Source: Macrostomum lignano (taxonomy: Eukaryota). From it: 64,000 nt of DNA. This document shows, one piece after another, positions 10,601 through 43,054 of the stretch. Position 1 is the first letter of the stretch, and each line of letters begins with the position of its first letter. The notes beneath the pieces are model-generated. The model made no database searches. It saw only the letters and a list, made by a program, of their open reading frames with translations, and was not told where the DNA came from. The stretch is from assembly GCA_002269645.1 (NCBI GenBank), contig NIVC01001051.1, positions 62,001-126,000 on the forward strand, in the 5' to 3' direction. Both the position numbers and the translations under genes were made by a program.

Positions 10601-13600
10601 AGCGCTATCAGAAAATTGGCGACACAAAACGGGCTACACCTGTTGAGGTGCTCTGTGACGGATTTCCAGGTGCGTAGCTGCATCCATTTTCAGCCCCGCA
10701 TCTATCCTTCATTGTCATTGTGTTTTCTTCGCTTCCATTTTTATGTATTACTGATCACTTTACTGGTTCTAAATTGTGCATTCACAACTGCTTCTGGTCC
10801 CAAATAGTTTTTAATCCTCCCCACACCCGGTCCCAAACTGTGTTTCTTCCACACTTCCGGTCCCAGATTGCGCATATTCCTCCACACTTCCGGTCCCAGA
10901 TAGTGTATATTTCTCCTACTTCCGGTTGCAGTGTGCATATTCCTCCACACTTCCGGTCCCAGATAGTGTATATTTCTCCTACTTCCGGTTGCAGTGTGCA
11001 TATTCCTCCATACTTCCGGTCCCAGATTGTGTATATTTCTCCTCACTTCCGGTTGCAGTGTGCATATTCCTCCATACTTCCAATCCAGATTTTGTAACTT
11101 GCTCCACACTTCCAGTCCCAGATCGTGTATATTCCTCCTCACTTCCGGTCCCAGATTGCGTATATTCCTCCTCACTTCCGGTCCAGATTGTGTATATTCC
11201 TCCTCACTTCCGGTCCAGATTGCGTATATTCCTCCTCACTTCCGGTCCAGATTGTGTATACTCCTCCACACTACCGGTCCCAGATCGTGTATATTGCTCC
11301 ACACTTCTGGTCTTAGATCGTGTGTATTGCTCCGCACTTCCGGTCCCAGATTGCGTATATTCCTCCTCACTTCCGGTCCCAAATCGTGTATATTGCTCCA
11401 CACTTCTGGTCTTAGGTCGTGTATACTCCTCCACACTACCGGTCCCAGATTGCGTATATTCCTCCTCACTTCCGGTCCAGATTGTGTATTCCTCCTCACT
11501 TCCGGTCCCAGATTGTGTATATTCCTCCTCACTTCCGGTCCCAGTTTGTGTATTCCTCCTCACTTCCAGTCCAATATTGTGTATACTCCTCAATTCCGGT
11601 CCAGATTGTGTATATTCCTCCTCACTTCCGATTTAAATTGCGTATATTCCTCCTCACTTCCGGTCCAGATTGTGTATATTCCTCCTCACTTCCGGTCCCA
11701 GATTGTGTATTCCTCCTCACTTCCGGTCCCAGATTGTGTATATTCCTCCTCACTTCCGGTCCAGATTGTGTATATTCCTCCTCACTTCCGGTCCCCTCGC
11801 AGAGGAGCTGGCCATGTACCTGCGCTACGCCAGACAATTGGACTTCTTCGAGACTCCTGATTATAATTACGCTCGCGGCCTATTCTTAAAACTGTTGGAG
11901 CAGAGAGGCTGGCAGTGCGATTGGGACTTTGACTGGGTGTCTCGTCAAGATCGAACGGTGAGTTAATTTCGTCTAGCGTCTTTAGGCTGTAGCGCCTTTG
12001 CGTCGTGTGTTGTTCAATTTGGCATTAAGAATAGAAATTAGTTTAAATTAGCGCTAACAGATACAAACAGAAGCGTAGAAAAACAAAATAATCGCATTTT
12101 AAAAAATGATTTAATTCGCAGGGCACGCCTGTCAGCGTTGCCAACGCAACTGGGGAGCGAAACAAGCCGGCCGCCGCGCACCTGCAGCCCAAGGTGAGAG
12201 GATTAGCATTATCCGTCCTATTTAATTGTTATCGCTATTTATTAGGTAATATCAGCTTCTTGTCTTCTTTATTAATCCTTCTATTGCCATGTACCATTTA
12301 TTTTTTTATTTTTTTGCACCGAAATTATCAGCCTAATAACTAATTGCATGTTCAAGTTTTCTACTAACTATACTACTTATCAAAGTTGCTTATAAATAAG
12401 TAGTAAATAATACTATTGTTGTGGTTGTTTTTTCAAATATTTATTGCTTGACACTGACGCAGGCCGATCGGGATGCGGGCCAGAATGCCTCTGTTCAGGT
12501 AGTTAAATTGATCTTTCAGTCCGAGTGCTTGCTATCGGATTTAAATACGCCTTATTAAATTTAAATTGGCGCCAGAAACAGGCGTTCACAGGCCGCACCT
12601 GCTTTGTATTTTGTTATTGCTCAAGAATATGCTATCGTGTGTGCGTGATTTTGCACCCTCCACCTAATTTGCAGATGTTTAGTTAGTGCTAAGTATTACT
12701 GATTATATATTAATACACGCATGTGTACTTCATAGGGCTACAGTTTCCAGTAAAGTAGCATAGAGACTGTGCATTTACATTTGTGTACCACTTCATGTTC
12801 GTTTGTGGCTGTTGTTCCTGTTCCCCCGTTGCCATAGCAACTATAGGATATTAAAGACTTGTTTAATATCCCTATCTATGGAGAAGATGCTCATAGGACT
12901 TTCTGCTGTATCCTGACTCCTGACACCCCATGGGATTCTGCTTTATCCTGACTTCTGACACCCCATGGGATTCTGCTGTATCCTGACTGCTGACACCCCA
13001 TGGGATCTGTGCTGTATCCTGACTCCTGACACCCCATGGGATTCTGCTTTATCCTGACTTCTGACACCCCATGGGATTCTGCTGTATCCTGACTGCTGAC
13101 ACCCCATGGGATTCTGCTGTATCCTGACTCCTGACACCCCATGGGATTCTGCTTTATCCTGACTTCTGACACCCCATGGGATTCTGCTGTATCCTGACTG
13201 CTGACACCCCATGGGATTTGTGCTGTATCCTGACTCCTGACACCCCATGGGATTCTGCTGTATCCTGACTCCTGACACCCCATGGGATTCTGCTGTATCC
13301 TGACTCCTGACACCCCATGGGATTCTGCTGTATCCTGACTTCTGACACCCCATGGGATTCTGCTGTATCCTGACTGCTGACACCCCATGGGATTCTGCTG
13401 TATCCTGACTCCTGACACCCCATGGGATTCTGCTGTATCCTGACTTCTGACACCCCATGGGATTCTGCTGTATCCTGACTGCTGACACCCCATGGGATTC
13501 TGCTGTATCCTGACTCCTGACACCCCATGGGATTCTGCTGTATCCTGACTCCTGACACCCCATGGGATCTGTGCTGTATCCTGACTCCTGACACCCCATG

Positions 13601-16600
13601 GGATTCTGCTGTATCCTGACTCCTGACACCCCATGGGATTCTGCTGTATCCTGACTCCTGACACCCCATGGGATTCTGCTTTATCCTGACTCCTGACACC
13701 CCATGGGATCTGTGCTGTATCCTGACTGCTGACACCCCATGGGATCTGTGCTGTATCCTGACTCCTGACACCCCATGGGATTCTGCTTTATCCTGACTCC
13801 TGACACCCCATGGGATCTGTGCTGTATCCTGACTCCTGACACCCCATGTGATTCTGCTTTATCCTGACTCCTGACACCCCATGGGATTCTGCTTTATCCT
13901 GACTCCTGACACCCCATGACGTTGACACCCTATAAAGTGTTATTTTATTTTGCGTCACTGTATGTTTTGAAGAACTGCTAATAGTTCGAATGAAAAGTGC
14001 AAAGCAAGTCTTCCACTGCGGCCTCTCATTCACCCCTGCATCCAACCCCCTGTCTGCTTGGTAATTTGAATTAGCCGGCAGCCAATCAACGGCAGTTTAG
14101 CTATCAGCCGATGCAGCAGAACAGCAACGGTCAGTCAGCTTATCAACATCAGCAGCAGCAGCAACAGCACCGGCCGAGAACCAGTGTCAGTCAATTGGTA
14201 AAATTTTAATCTGACATTAGTCTGGCAAACAGACAGAAGTCTACAGGATGTATGCAGCGTGTAATATTATTAACTGTGACCTCTTGGTCTCTGCCCACCC
14301 TCTTTTTGTCTATTTCTTGCGTGCATCTGCTTTAACAAACTTCTGCAACTGCAGCCATGGCTTTGGTCTGTCTAATCTCAGTGTGGTCACTTTCCGCTCT
14401 TGATTAACAAGACAAGACTTAAAGATAGGGGGTCTGTGTACAGACATTGTCACACAACCGGCGAGAGGCATTACTGCCCATTCCACCGACTCCCCTGAGC
14501 AGGCACACACAGTCACACAGGAGTGTACAGCGGACCTAATTTTATTTATCGTTAGTAATAATAATAAAAATAATTGATTACACCTGCCCCAATTGGGCCA
14601 GATGTGCAACCGACAGCTCAGCCGCAGCTATTGCGCGGCGCATCAGAAGGCTGCGTACGGCTGTTCAGTCCAAGGACTGGGGGGTCGCCACACACACCCT
14701 GAACTATCCCAGCTAATGCTGGCACCCATTTTACAGCTGGGTGAACTGCAGCAATTCAGAGTTAAGTGTCTTGCTCAAGGACACAAATTGTTCCGAGTGG
14801 AATCGGGCATCGAACCCACGACCTTCAAGTCGTGAGTCGGACGCTCTGACCACTAGGCTACATCCCTTTATTGTTAGGCATGCACACTTGTGCCTTAGGG
14901 GTTGGTCCTCAAGGACGTAACGAGCAGAGCCAAGCCGTAATTCCAATTAAGCCCCAAATTAATGCGACTGCACTGGGAATCGAGCCTGGGCCGGTGGCAC
15001 ACCAGAGCGCCGCGCCAGACCGCTGAGCAACGGCCCCCATCTAACATCTTTCTGCTTGCAGTTTGTTTTTTTAATTAACTTCGGTGCAGAAATACTAATG
15101 CGTATCAGCTGGTGGCAAATTGAAAGCGCAAAAAAATAATTTTATCTATCTGTTTTGTGCACATCTTCGCACTATATGCTTGTCAGAATATTGATTAACT
15201 CATTTCTGGTGATTGGTGATGGTTCAATCATTTTTTGTCCATTATCTTGTCAGTGATTCGTGATTTTGCCCTATGTTCATTATTATTCATCCGTGTTGGC
15301 GTAATCTAACTCTCTATCTAGATACCTGACTCTTTGTCTGAATATCTGACTCTTTGTCTGCATATCTGACTCTCTGTCTGCATGTCTGACTCTGTGTCTG
15401 GATATCTGACTCTTTGTCTGCATATCTGACTCTCTTTGTCTGCATGTCTGACTCTGTGTCTGGATATCTGACTTTCTATCTAAATATCTGACTCTGTCTG
15501 CATGTCTGACCCTCTTTGTCTGCATGTCTGACCCTCTTTGTCTGGATATCTGACTCTTTGTCTGGATATCTGACTCTTTGTCTGCATATCTGACTCTTTG
15601 TCTGAATATCTGACTCTTTGTCTGCATATCTGACTCTCTTTGTCTGCATGTCTGACTCTCTGTCTGCATGTCTGACTCTTTGTCTGAATATCTGACTCTT
15701 TGTCTGCATATCTGACTCTCTGTCTGCATGTCTGACTCTGTGTCTGGATATCTGACTCTTTGTCTGAATATCTGACTCTTTGTCTGCATATCTGACTCTC
15801 TGTCTGCATGTCTGACTCTGTGTCTGGATATCTGACTCTTTGTCTGAATATCTGACTCTTTGTCTGCATGTCTGACTCTTTGTCTGAATATCTGACTCTT
15901 TGTCTGCATATCTGACTCTCTTTGTCTGAATATCTGACTCTTTGTCTGAATATCTGACTCTTTGTCTGAATATCTGACTCTTTGTCTGAATATCTGACTC
16001 TTTGTCTGAATATCTGACTCTCTTTGTCTGAATATCTGACTCTTTGTCTGCATATCTGACTCTCTGTCTGCATGTCTGACTCTGTGTCTGGATATCTGAC
16101 TCTATCTGCATGTCTGACCCTCTTTGTCTGGATATCTGACTCTTTGTCTGGATATCTGACTCTTTGTCTGGATATCTGACTCTTTGTCTGGATATCTGAC
16201 TCTTTGTCTGGATATCTGACTCTCTGATTCTTTGTCTGGATACCTGACTGACTCTTTGTCTGCATGTCTGGCTGTCTAACTCTGAGATGTCTGATTCTCT
16301 TTCTGGGTGTCTGACTTTCTGTATCTGTTGTTGGAAAGCTCGAATTTTTAGCCAAAAAAATTTGAATTGCTTTGGAATTTTTCTATTATTTTTAAGATGT
16401 CCGATCAAAACTCCATCAGTTCCATAATTTAATTTAGCTTGCCTGATTAATCTCGCCCTGTATAAAACTCGCCATATTTCATATCGCTATTTTGACCCGG
16501 CATGTCATCATCATCATCACTGCCCTCAGGTTGCCGCTTCGATGACCTTCGATCAGCAGCCGTCCGACGGTGGCGCAGGCGGGCCATCAGTGCCAGGCGG

Positions 16601-16817
16601 CGGCGGCGGCGGCGGCGGCGGCGGCAGGTTCGGCGACATCGACTTTGACGACGATGTATCGGCGTCAGACGCCAAGTGCTGCTTCTTTCGGCGGCGTCGG
16701 GGCCGCAATCGCAGGAAATCCTCAGCCAGAGCCCCCCAGCAGCAGCAGCAGCAGCAGCAGCATCAGATGCGCCAGATGCAATCCCGCAGCAGCAATAACA
16801 ACTGGATGGCGTCCTAG
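7609..16817 (+). CDS. CSNK1G: Casein kinase 1 gamma (gilgamesh-like), 8 coding exons, ~501 aa
   Basis: join(7609..8034,9244..9478,10499..10669,11803..11957,12122..12193,12463..12498,14075..14197,16530..16817); all introns GT-AG with matching phases. Motifs: [102 protein letters not shown]-terminal KCCFFRRRR matches the CK1-gamma palmitoylation motif. The small exons 5-7 are less certain than the kinase exons. Confidence 0.95.
8133..9219. repeat. 22-bp minisatellite (GGATTTAGGTTCAGAACCCGCT), CK1 intron 1
   Basis: Tandem units with a 22-bp period. Confidence 0.9.
8966..9075. mobile_element. 110-bp hAT-type MITE inserted in an intronic satellite
   Basis: TIR CAGGGACAACT / AGTTGTCCCTG; 8-bp TSD GGTTCAGA / TGTTCAGA (7/8) derived from the host repeat unit. 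Confidence 0.7.
9537..10110. repeat. 34-bp minisatellite (CTACTTCCGGTTCTAAGTTTGAGAGTATTACTCC), CK1 intron 2
   Basis: Tandem units with a 34-bp period. Confidence 0.9.
10785..11795. repeat. 31-33-bp minisatellite (CACTTCCGGTCCCAGATTGTGTATATTCCTCCT), CK1 intron 3
   Basis: Tandem units ending a few nt before the acceptor at 11802. Confidence 0.9.
12896..13918. repeat. 35-bp minisatellite (GGGATTCTGCTGTATCCTGACTCCTGACACCCCAT)
   Basis: Tandem units with a 35-bp period. Confidence 0.92.
14556..14866 (-). mobile_element. tRNA-derived CORE-SINE (311 bp)
   Basis: Minus-strand head with A box TAGCCTAGTGG and B box GGTTCGATGCC; CORE-like TGTGTCCTTGAGCAAGACACTTAACTC...CAGCTGTAAAATGGG (resembles the MIR core); (TAT)n tail; 11-bp TSD TTTATCGTTAG / TTTATTGTTAG (14545-14555, 14867-14877). 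Confidence 0.85.
14867..15037 (-). mobile_element. Second tRNA-derived SINE, interrupted in its tail by the CORE-SINE
   Basis: Minus strand GGGGCCGTTGCTCAGCGG (A-box-like)...GGCTCGATTCCC (B-box-like); it cannot fold as a full tRNA and its A-rich tail is the target site of the adjacent SINE. Confidence 0.55.
15325..16320. repeat. 20-bp minisatellite (TCTGACTCTTTGTCTGGATA)
   Basis: Tandem units with a 20-22-bp period. Confidence 0.9.
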
Positions 16818-17026
16818 TGACCGCCGCTTTGCCCGACGCTCTGCTTTTTGCTAGAAGCATTTCTCCTGATCGCGGGTCTGCGTTCTGCAGGTTAAAAATC
16901 GAATGCTGAGAAGCAAACTTGGGCAGTTTAGTAGGTGTTCACCCGTCTCACAGGTGTGTCTTGATTATTAAAATATTATTTCTGATTAATAAAAAACTGG
17001 TTGGAATACCTAAGTCAGACTGAAAA

Positions 17027-17457
17027 GCAGGCGCACCTTAATTAGTCCATAGCAGGGGTGTTTTATTGCAGGCGCACCTTAATTAGTCCATAGCAGGGGT
17101 GTTTTAATGCAGGCGCACCTTAATTAGTCCATAGCAGGGGTGTTTTTTTGCAGGCGCACCTTAATTAGTCCATAGCAGAGGTGTTTTATTGCAGGCGCAC
17201 CTTAATTAGTCCATAGCAGAGGTGTTTTATTGCAGGCGCACCTTAATTAGTCCATAGCAGAGGTGTTTTATTGCGGGCGCACCTTAATTAGTCCATAGCA
17301 GAGGTGTTTTATTGCAGGCGCACCTTAATTAGTCCATAGCAGAGGTGTTTTATTGCAGGCGCACCTTAATTAGTCCATAGCAGAGGTGTTTTATTGCGGG
17401 CGCACCTTAATTAGTCCATAGCAGAGGTGTTTCATTGCAGGCGCACCTTAATTAGTC
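17027..17457. repeat. 41-bp minisatellite (GCAGGCGCACCTTAATTAGTCCATAGCAGAGGTGTTTTATT)
   Basis: About 10 near-identical units, no spacers. Confidence 0.92.
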
Positions 17458-18582
17458 AAAAAATCACACCTTTTACTCATCTATAATTAATGTGTTTATG
17501 GCTAAAGTAAGCTCTTATCGACACAATTCATAAGTCAGACACACCTGGGCACGAAGGCCCATGTGCACACGCCTATTTAAACAAATTTAAATGCAAAAAA
17601 GATTTAATGTAGCGTCTCTGTTATTTGGCTTGCAGTTTCTCTGGCTTTTTCTCTTCTGCGAATCTGTTGCGTTCGCTGCTTGCGCTCCTCCGTCACCCCC
17701 GCGGCGGCCGCTATTAATCTCATTTGTATTCGAGCAATCCGACTGGCAATAGCTGTACATAAGCCCTGTTGCTACTGTTAGTAGGCACAGCGAGGGCGAC
17801 AATCCGCTTCTTTTTCTCTCTCTCCCGCGCGCATGCAAATGTGTAAGCATTGCATTAGTACTTTGTATTGTATGTTATCAATTGTGCTATATCCATTGTT
17901 TACTACTAGCTCTGTTCTCCAAAGTACACTGCGTACCCGTTTGTCAACCAGCTGTGTTCCTGTCAACTCTGGGGAGTTTCTTGATTTCAAAAGCAGATAT
18001 CAGTTTACGTAAAAGTACAATTGTGGCGGTCAGTTTCGCTTGCATATCCGAATTATTATTTAATTATTATTTTATCTTCCCGCTTTCAGTTAAACAATAA
18101 CTTGATTGTTAAATATTCACTCTCCTTCGCCACTAAACAGCTTATCGTATTACCGCTACACTTTCACTGCGCCCTAACTTTGAGCGCCTGGCGCCCCATT
18201 CTGCCCGTATTATACTGCACGCATGCGCATATTTTTAATACTATCAACTTTCTATAGCACGCTTTTTCCGCTCTTTCTACTCGCAGTAGCGTTGTCGCTT
18301 ATTAGTCACGATTAAAATAAAACTAATTGCTAAGTTTGCATTCGCTGTTGCCAATAATGCTTTATTTATTTTTTTTATTCTAATTGTGTTATTTATCTGA
18401 ATATGTTGCTATCTGTTTGTATAGTAGACAACTGAAGTCTTGGACGATTTCTTAGTAAAAATATCATAACTTCCTAACTGATTTCTAAAAACCTGATTTC
18501 TATTGACATTAGCCTTAATCTATGTACAATTCTTTCGAAGTCTAATATTTTTCAAAAGTACATTTGATTCGAATTTAATTCA

Positions 18583-18836
18583 AAGAATCCGATTTGTATT
18601 TAATAGATTTAATTTAAATTCAATTTAATGAATCCGATATGTATCGATAATAGATTTAATTTAAATTCAATTCAATGAATCCGATATGTATCGATAATAG
18701 ATTTAATTTAAATTCAATTCAATGAATCCGATATGTATCGATAGTAGATTTAATTCAAATTTAATTCAATGAATCCGATATGTATCGATAATAGATTTAA
18801 TTCAAATTTATTTCAATGAATCCGATATGTATCGAA
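18583..18836. repeat. 47-bp AT-rich minisatellite
   Basis: GAATCCGATATGTATCGATAATAGATTTAATTTAAATTCAATTCAAT, about 5 units. Confidence 0.85.
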
Positions 18837-20330
18837 AGTACTACTTTTTGCAGTTCAATTCTTAGAATCCGTTATATACAGAAATCAATTTCAAAATAGA
18901 TTTCGAATTAATGCTTTAGAATCGATGATTCGCGAATTCCCTCTTTCCCATCTGCTTGTATTTGCCAACGAAAAGCACTGTGTTACAAGCCTTGCTTTGG
19001 ACGGACATTGCACAGCTGTCAATTGTCAACTAAGCTTATCTATTTTATTTTCAAAGCCCTCAACCTGCTTGATCGAATGCTAGGTTTTGTATCTTTTTAT
19101 ATATTTATTCTTTTTCCTTTTCAATTCAATTTGATGTTGTCTTGTGCGCTGCTATGAGTAGCAGTATGCGGGTATTGATAAGCTGGGCCCTGTGGATTCG
19201 TTGTATTTAAAACTATTTTAATAGTTGAATCTATAACCAATTAGTATGCCCAACTGCGTTGGCTTTTGTATTAAATGCACCATCTTTGAAAAGTTTTTTG
19301 CTCGTTTCAGACTACTGAAATGCGTGCGTCTTACTACTTATCTGTTCGTACATGTATGTTATGCGTCTTTTGGACACGATAAAATTGAAATAAATAAATA
19401 AAAGCGTCCAATGCTCTGCTCTTACTACTGCCTGCCTATTAGTAGTAGGATGGGGTAAATCGCTGCAGCCGCGGTGCAATTTGTGAAGCCTACTATTTTT
19501 CTCTGTATTTAATTGACACCACTGAAATGCGCAAGTTTTAATTATTTGTTGTTTCCGGCCTGATTCACTGTTTACTACTATTAAGTAGTCTGTACAGTAA
19601 GTAGTATCAAAGCGCATAACGATTACTAAAATTAAATGGGCATTGGAGACGTTACAGTATTTGAAGGCCGAATTTCTCTTAATTTGTAACAGGAAAAAGT
19701 TAAATGTTAAGTTTTCTTTAAGTTAATCAACTTGGGATCTTGTTTTTAGAAAATTACAAAAAAATTACACAAACAATATGTACAAACGAGTATGCAGAGA
19801 CGAGATCGGTGATAAACATGCTTTTCTAATACAAGTCTACATGTGCATGCATTGTGCACACTAGTACGCGCAGGTTTAACGGGGGGGGGGCAAGGACCCC
19901 TAAATTGGCTCGGCTGGCCTGCATTGAATGTTCATGGCTTCCGGATCGTTTAGAGAAATGGAAAAAGGCCAGTTCAATCAAAGTTTTTGAGCCAAAAGAT
20001 CGCACTCTCGAATGTGCTAGTTCGAACTCTGTACATGTAAAAGTGCACAATACATGTACAGTGTACATACTGTATCACGGACAGCCGAATCAGATGTACT
20101 GAATTCCCCGTATTTTAATTTCAGTCTTAGGAAATCCTTGCACTGCGCGGTAAGTACACTAGGTACATGTACATCTGCATACTGCTGTATGATGAGCGGA
20201 TGAGGCGAGCGCGGTGACTTTCTTCATGTACATGATAGTAACTGAAGTACAGCAATTCCATAGTTCTGGTTAGCATCATTAAAATTTTTCAACGCGATGT
20301 ACATGTGCCATGCTTAAGCCTGTCGGCCAA

Positions 20331-40396
<20,066 letters not shown>

Positions 40397-40606
40397 TGCG
40401 AAACCAAGCCTTCAGCATCCGTTTGAAACTTCAATATTGGCGATTGATTTGCGAGGGTCTGGTTTGGGATCAATAATTCTGCAAGCTTTTACAGAGGATT
40501 CCGGATGTCTGCTTTCTCACAGGCTGGTGACTGGCTGGGATTGGCTGGGCCTGCAGCTGGCACCGGATTAGCTGTCTTTGCTGCTGGGGTCTGCCTGCCT
40601 GCGTAT

Positions 40607-40835
<229 letters not shown>

Positions 40836-41223
40836 GATAGCGAGAAAGAGCGAGCGAAGCGAGCTCTTTCGAGCTTGCTTGCCGCAGCCAATCAAGCTGA
40901 ATGCACGCACACAAGATCACCGGAAACGATTAAGGCAGCTGGAAAGCCAATGGGCGCGGTAAGCGCTTTTATCCAGAGGAACTACCTGCTGGAACCAGCC
41001 TGCCGTTCGAAAATCAGACTACTCAAGTAGTGCAAAAGAGTGCGAGCAACTACCGAGAAATCTAATTTTCGTAACCGCTCCGGTGCAGGTCCTGGCAATA
41101 GATGGTAGATAGCGAGAAAGAGCGAGCGAAGCGAGCTCTTTCGAGCTTGCTTGCCGCAGCCAATCAAGCTGAATGCACGCACACAAGATCACCGGAAACG
41201 ATTAAGGCAGCTGGAAAGCCAAT

Positions 41224-42345
<1,122 letters not shown>

Positions 42346-43054
42346 ATATCTTAATATTTAAACAGTTATGCTGTTACCGACTAATTTTCTACTTAAAGTA
42401 GTCCTGTCCGATCACTTTTGATAAAATGATGATCTCGTCAAAAAATTGAATTTGTTGGTAAGATTACTTCGGAAAATATTTGAAAAGCATCCACAGCTAC
42501 TTCATAACTTCATAAGAGAACTGTATTTTTTAGCTAAAGCAATTGTCATTGAGCCAGACAAATATGAGATGTTTTAATAAATAAGTCAGGTGCAAGACAG
42601 GTATAGACAGGTCATTTCTTTCACTAAAGTATTCGCATGAAATATTTCGAAAAAATCAAAGCTACCGCGGTGAATAAAACGCAAATATACTACAAAATTT
42701 GCAGCTACTGTTAGTAATATTTGTACACACGCTACAATTTTAAACATATCTATATAATCTTCCGCATGCACAGCAGGTAAAGCATCGCGTTATCAATTGA
42801 AACATCAAGCAAAAGACTTGGCGCCATAGTCGATATTTGTCAACTTGTTTACAAAAATACTCAATTTCGTTTAAAATTGACCACCAGAAACTGAAACTTT
42901 ATTAACCAATATGAGAGATTGTTTTATTCCAATTTCTTGAAATATTATTCACTTTATAATTCTTAGAAACCAATTTCATATTTGTTATTTTTTGAGAATT
43001 TATCCCACTAAGTAATAAAACAAAAAATGCATTTTTACACGTCAATTCGGGTTT

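Noticed and set aside
14800-15037. Two tRNA genes
   Set aside because: A/B boxes are present but acceptor stems do not close and SINE bodies follow; treated as SINE heads.
10720-16408. Many 100-310 aa ORFs with repetitive peptides
   Set aside because: They are translations of intronic minisatellites in several frames and both strands; no domain content.
17027-17457. CRISPR-like regular 41-bp repeats (also the 37-bp array at 37672-38305)
   Set aside because: Head-to-tail units with no unique spacers, no cas genes, eukaryotic context.
16950-17548. Possible TIR pair CAGGTGTGTC / GACACACCTG around the 41-bp array
   Set aside because: Only 10 bp of match and no TSD.
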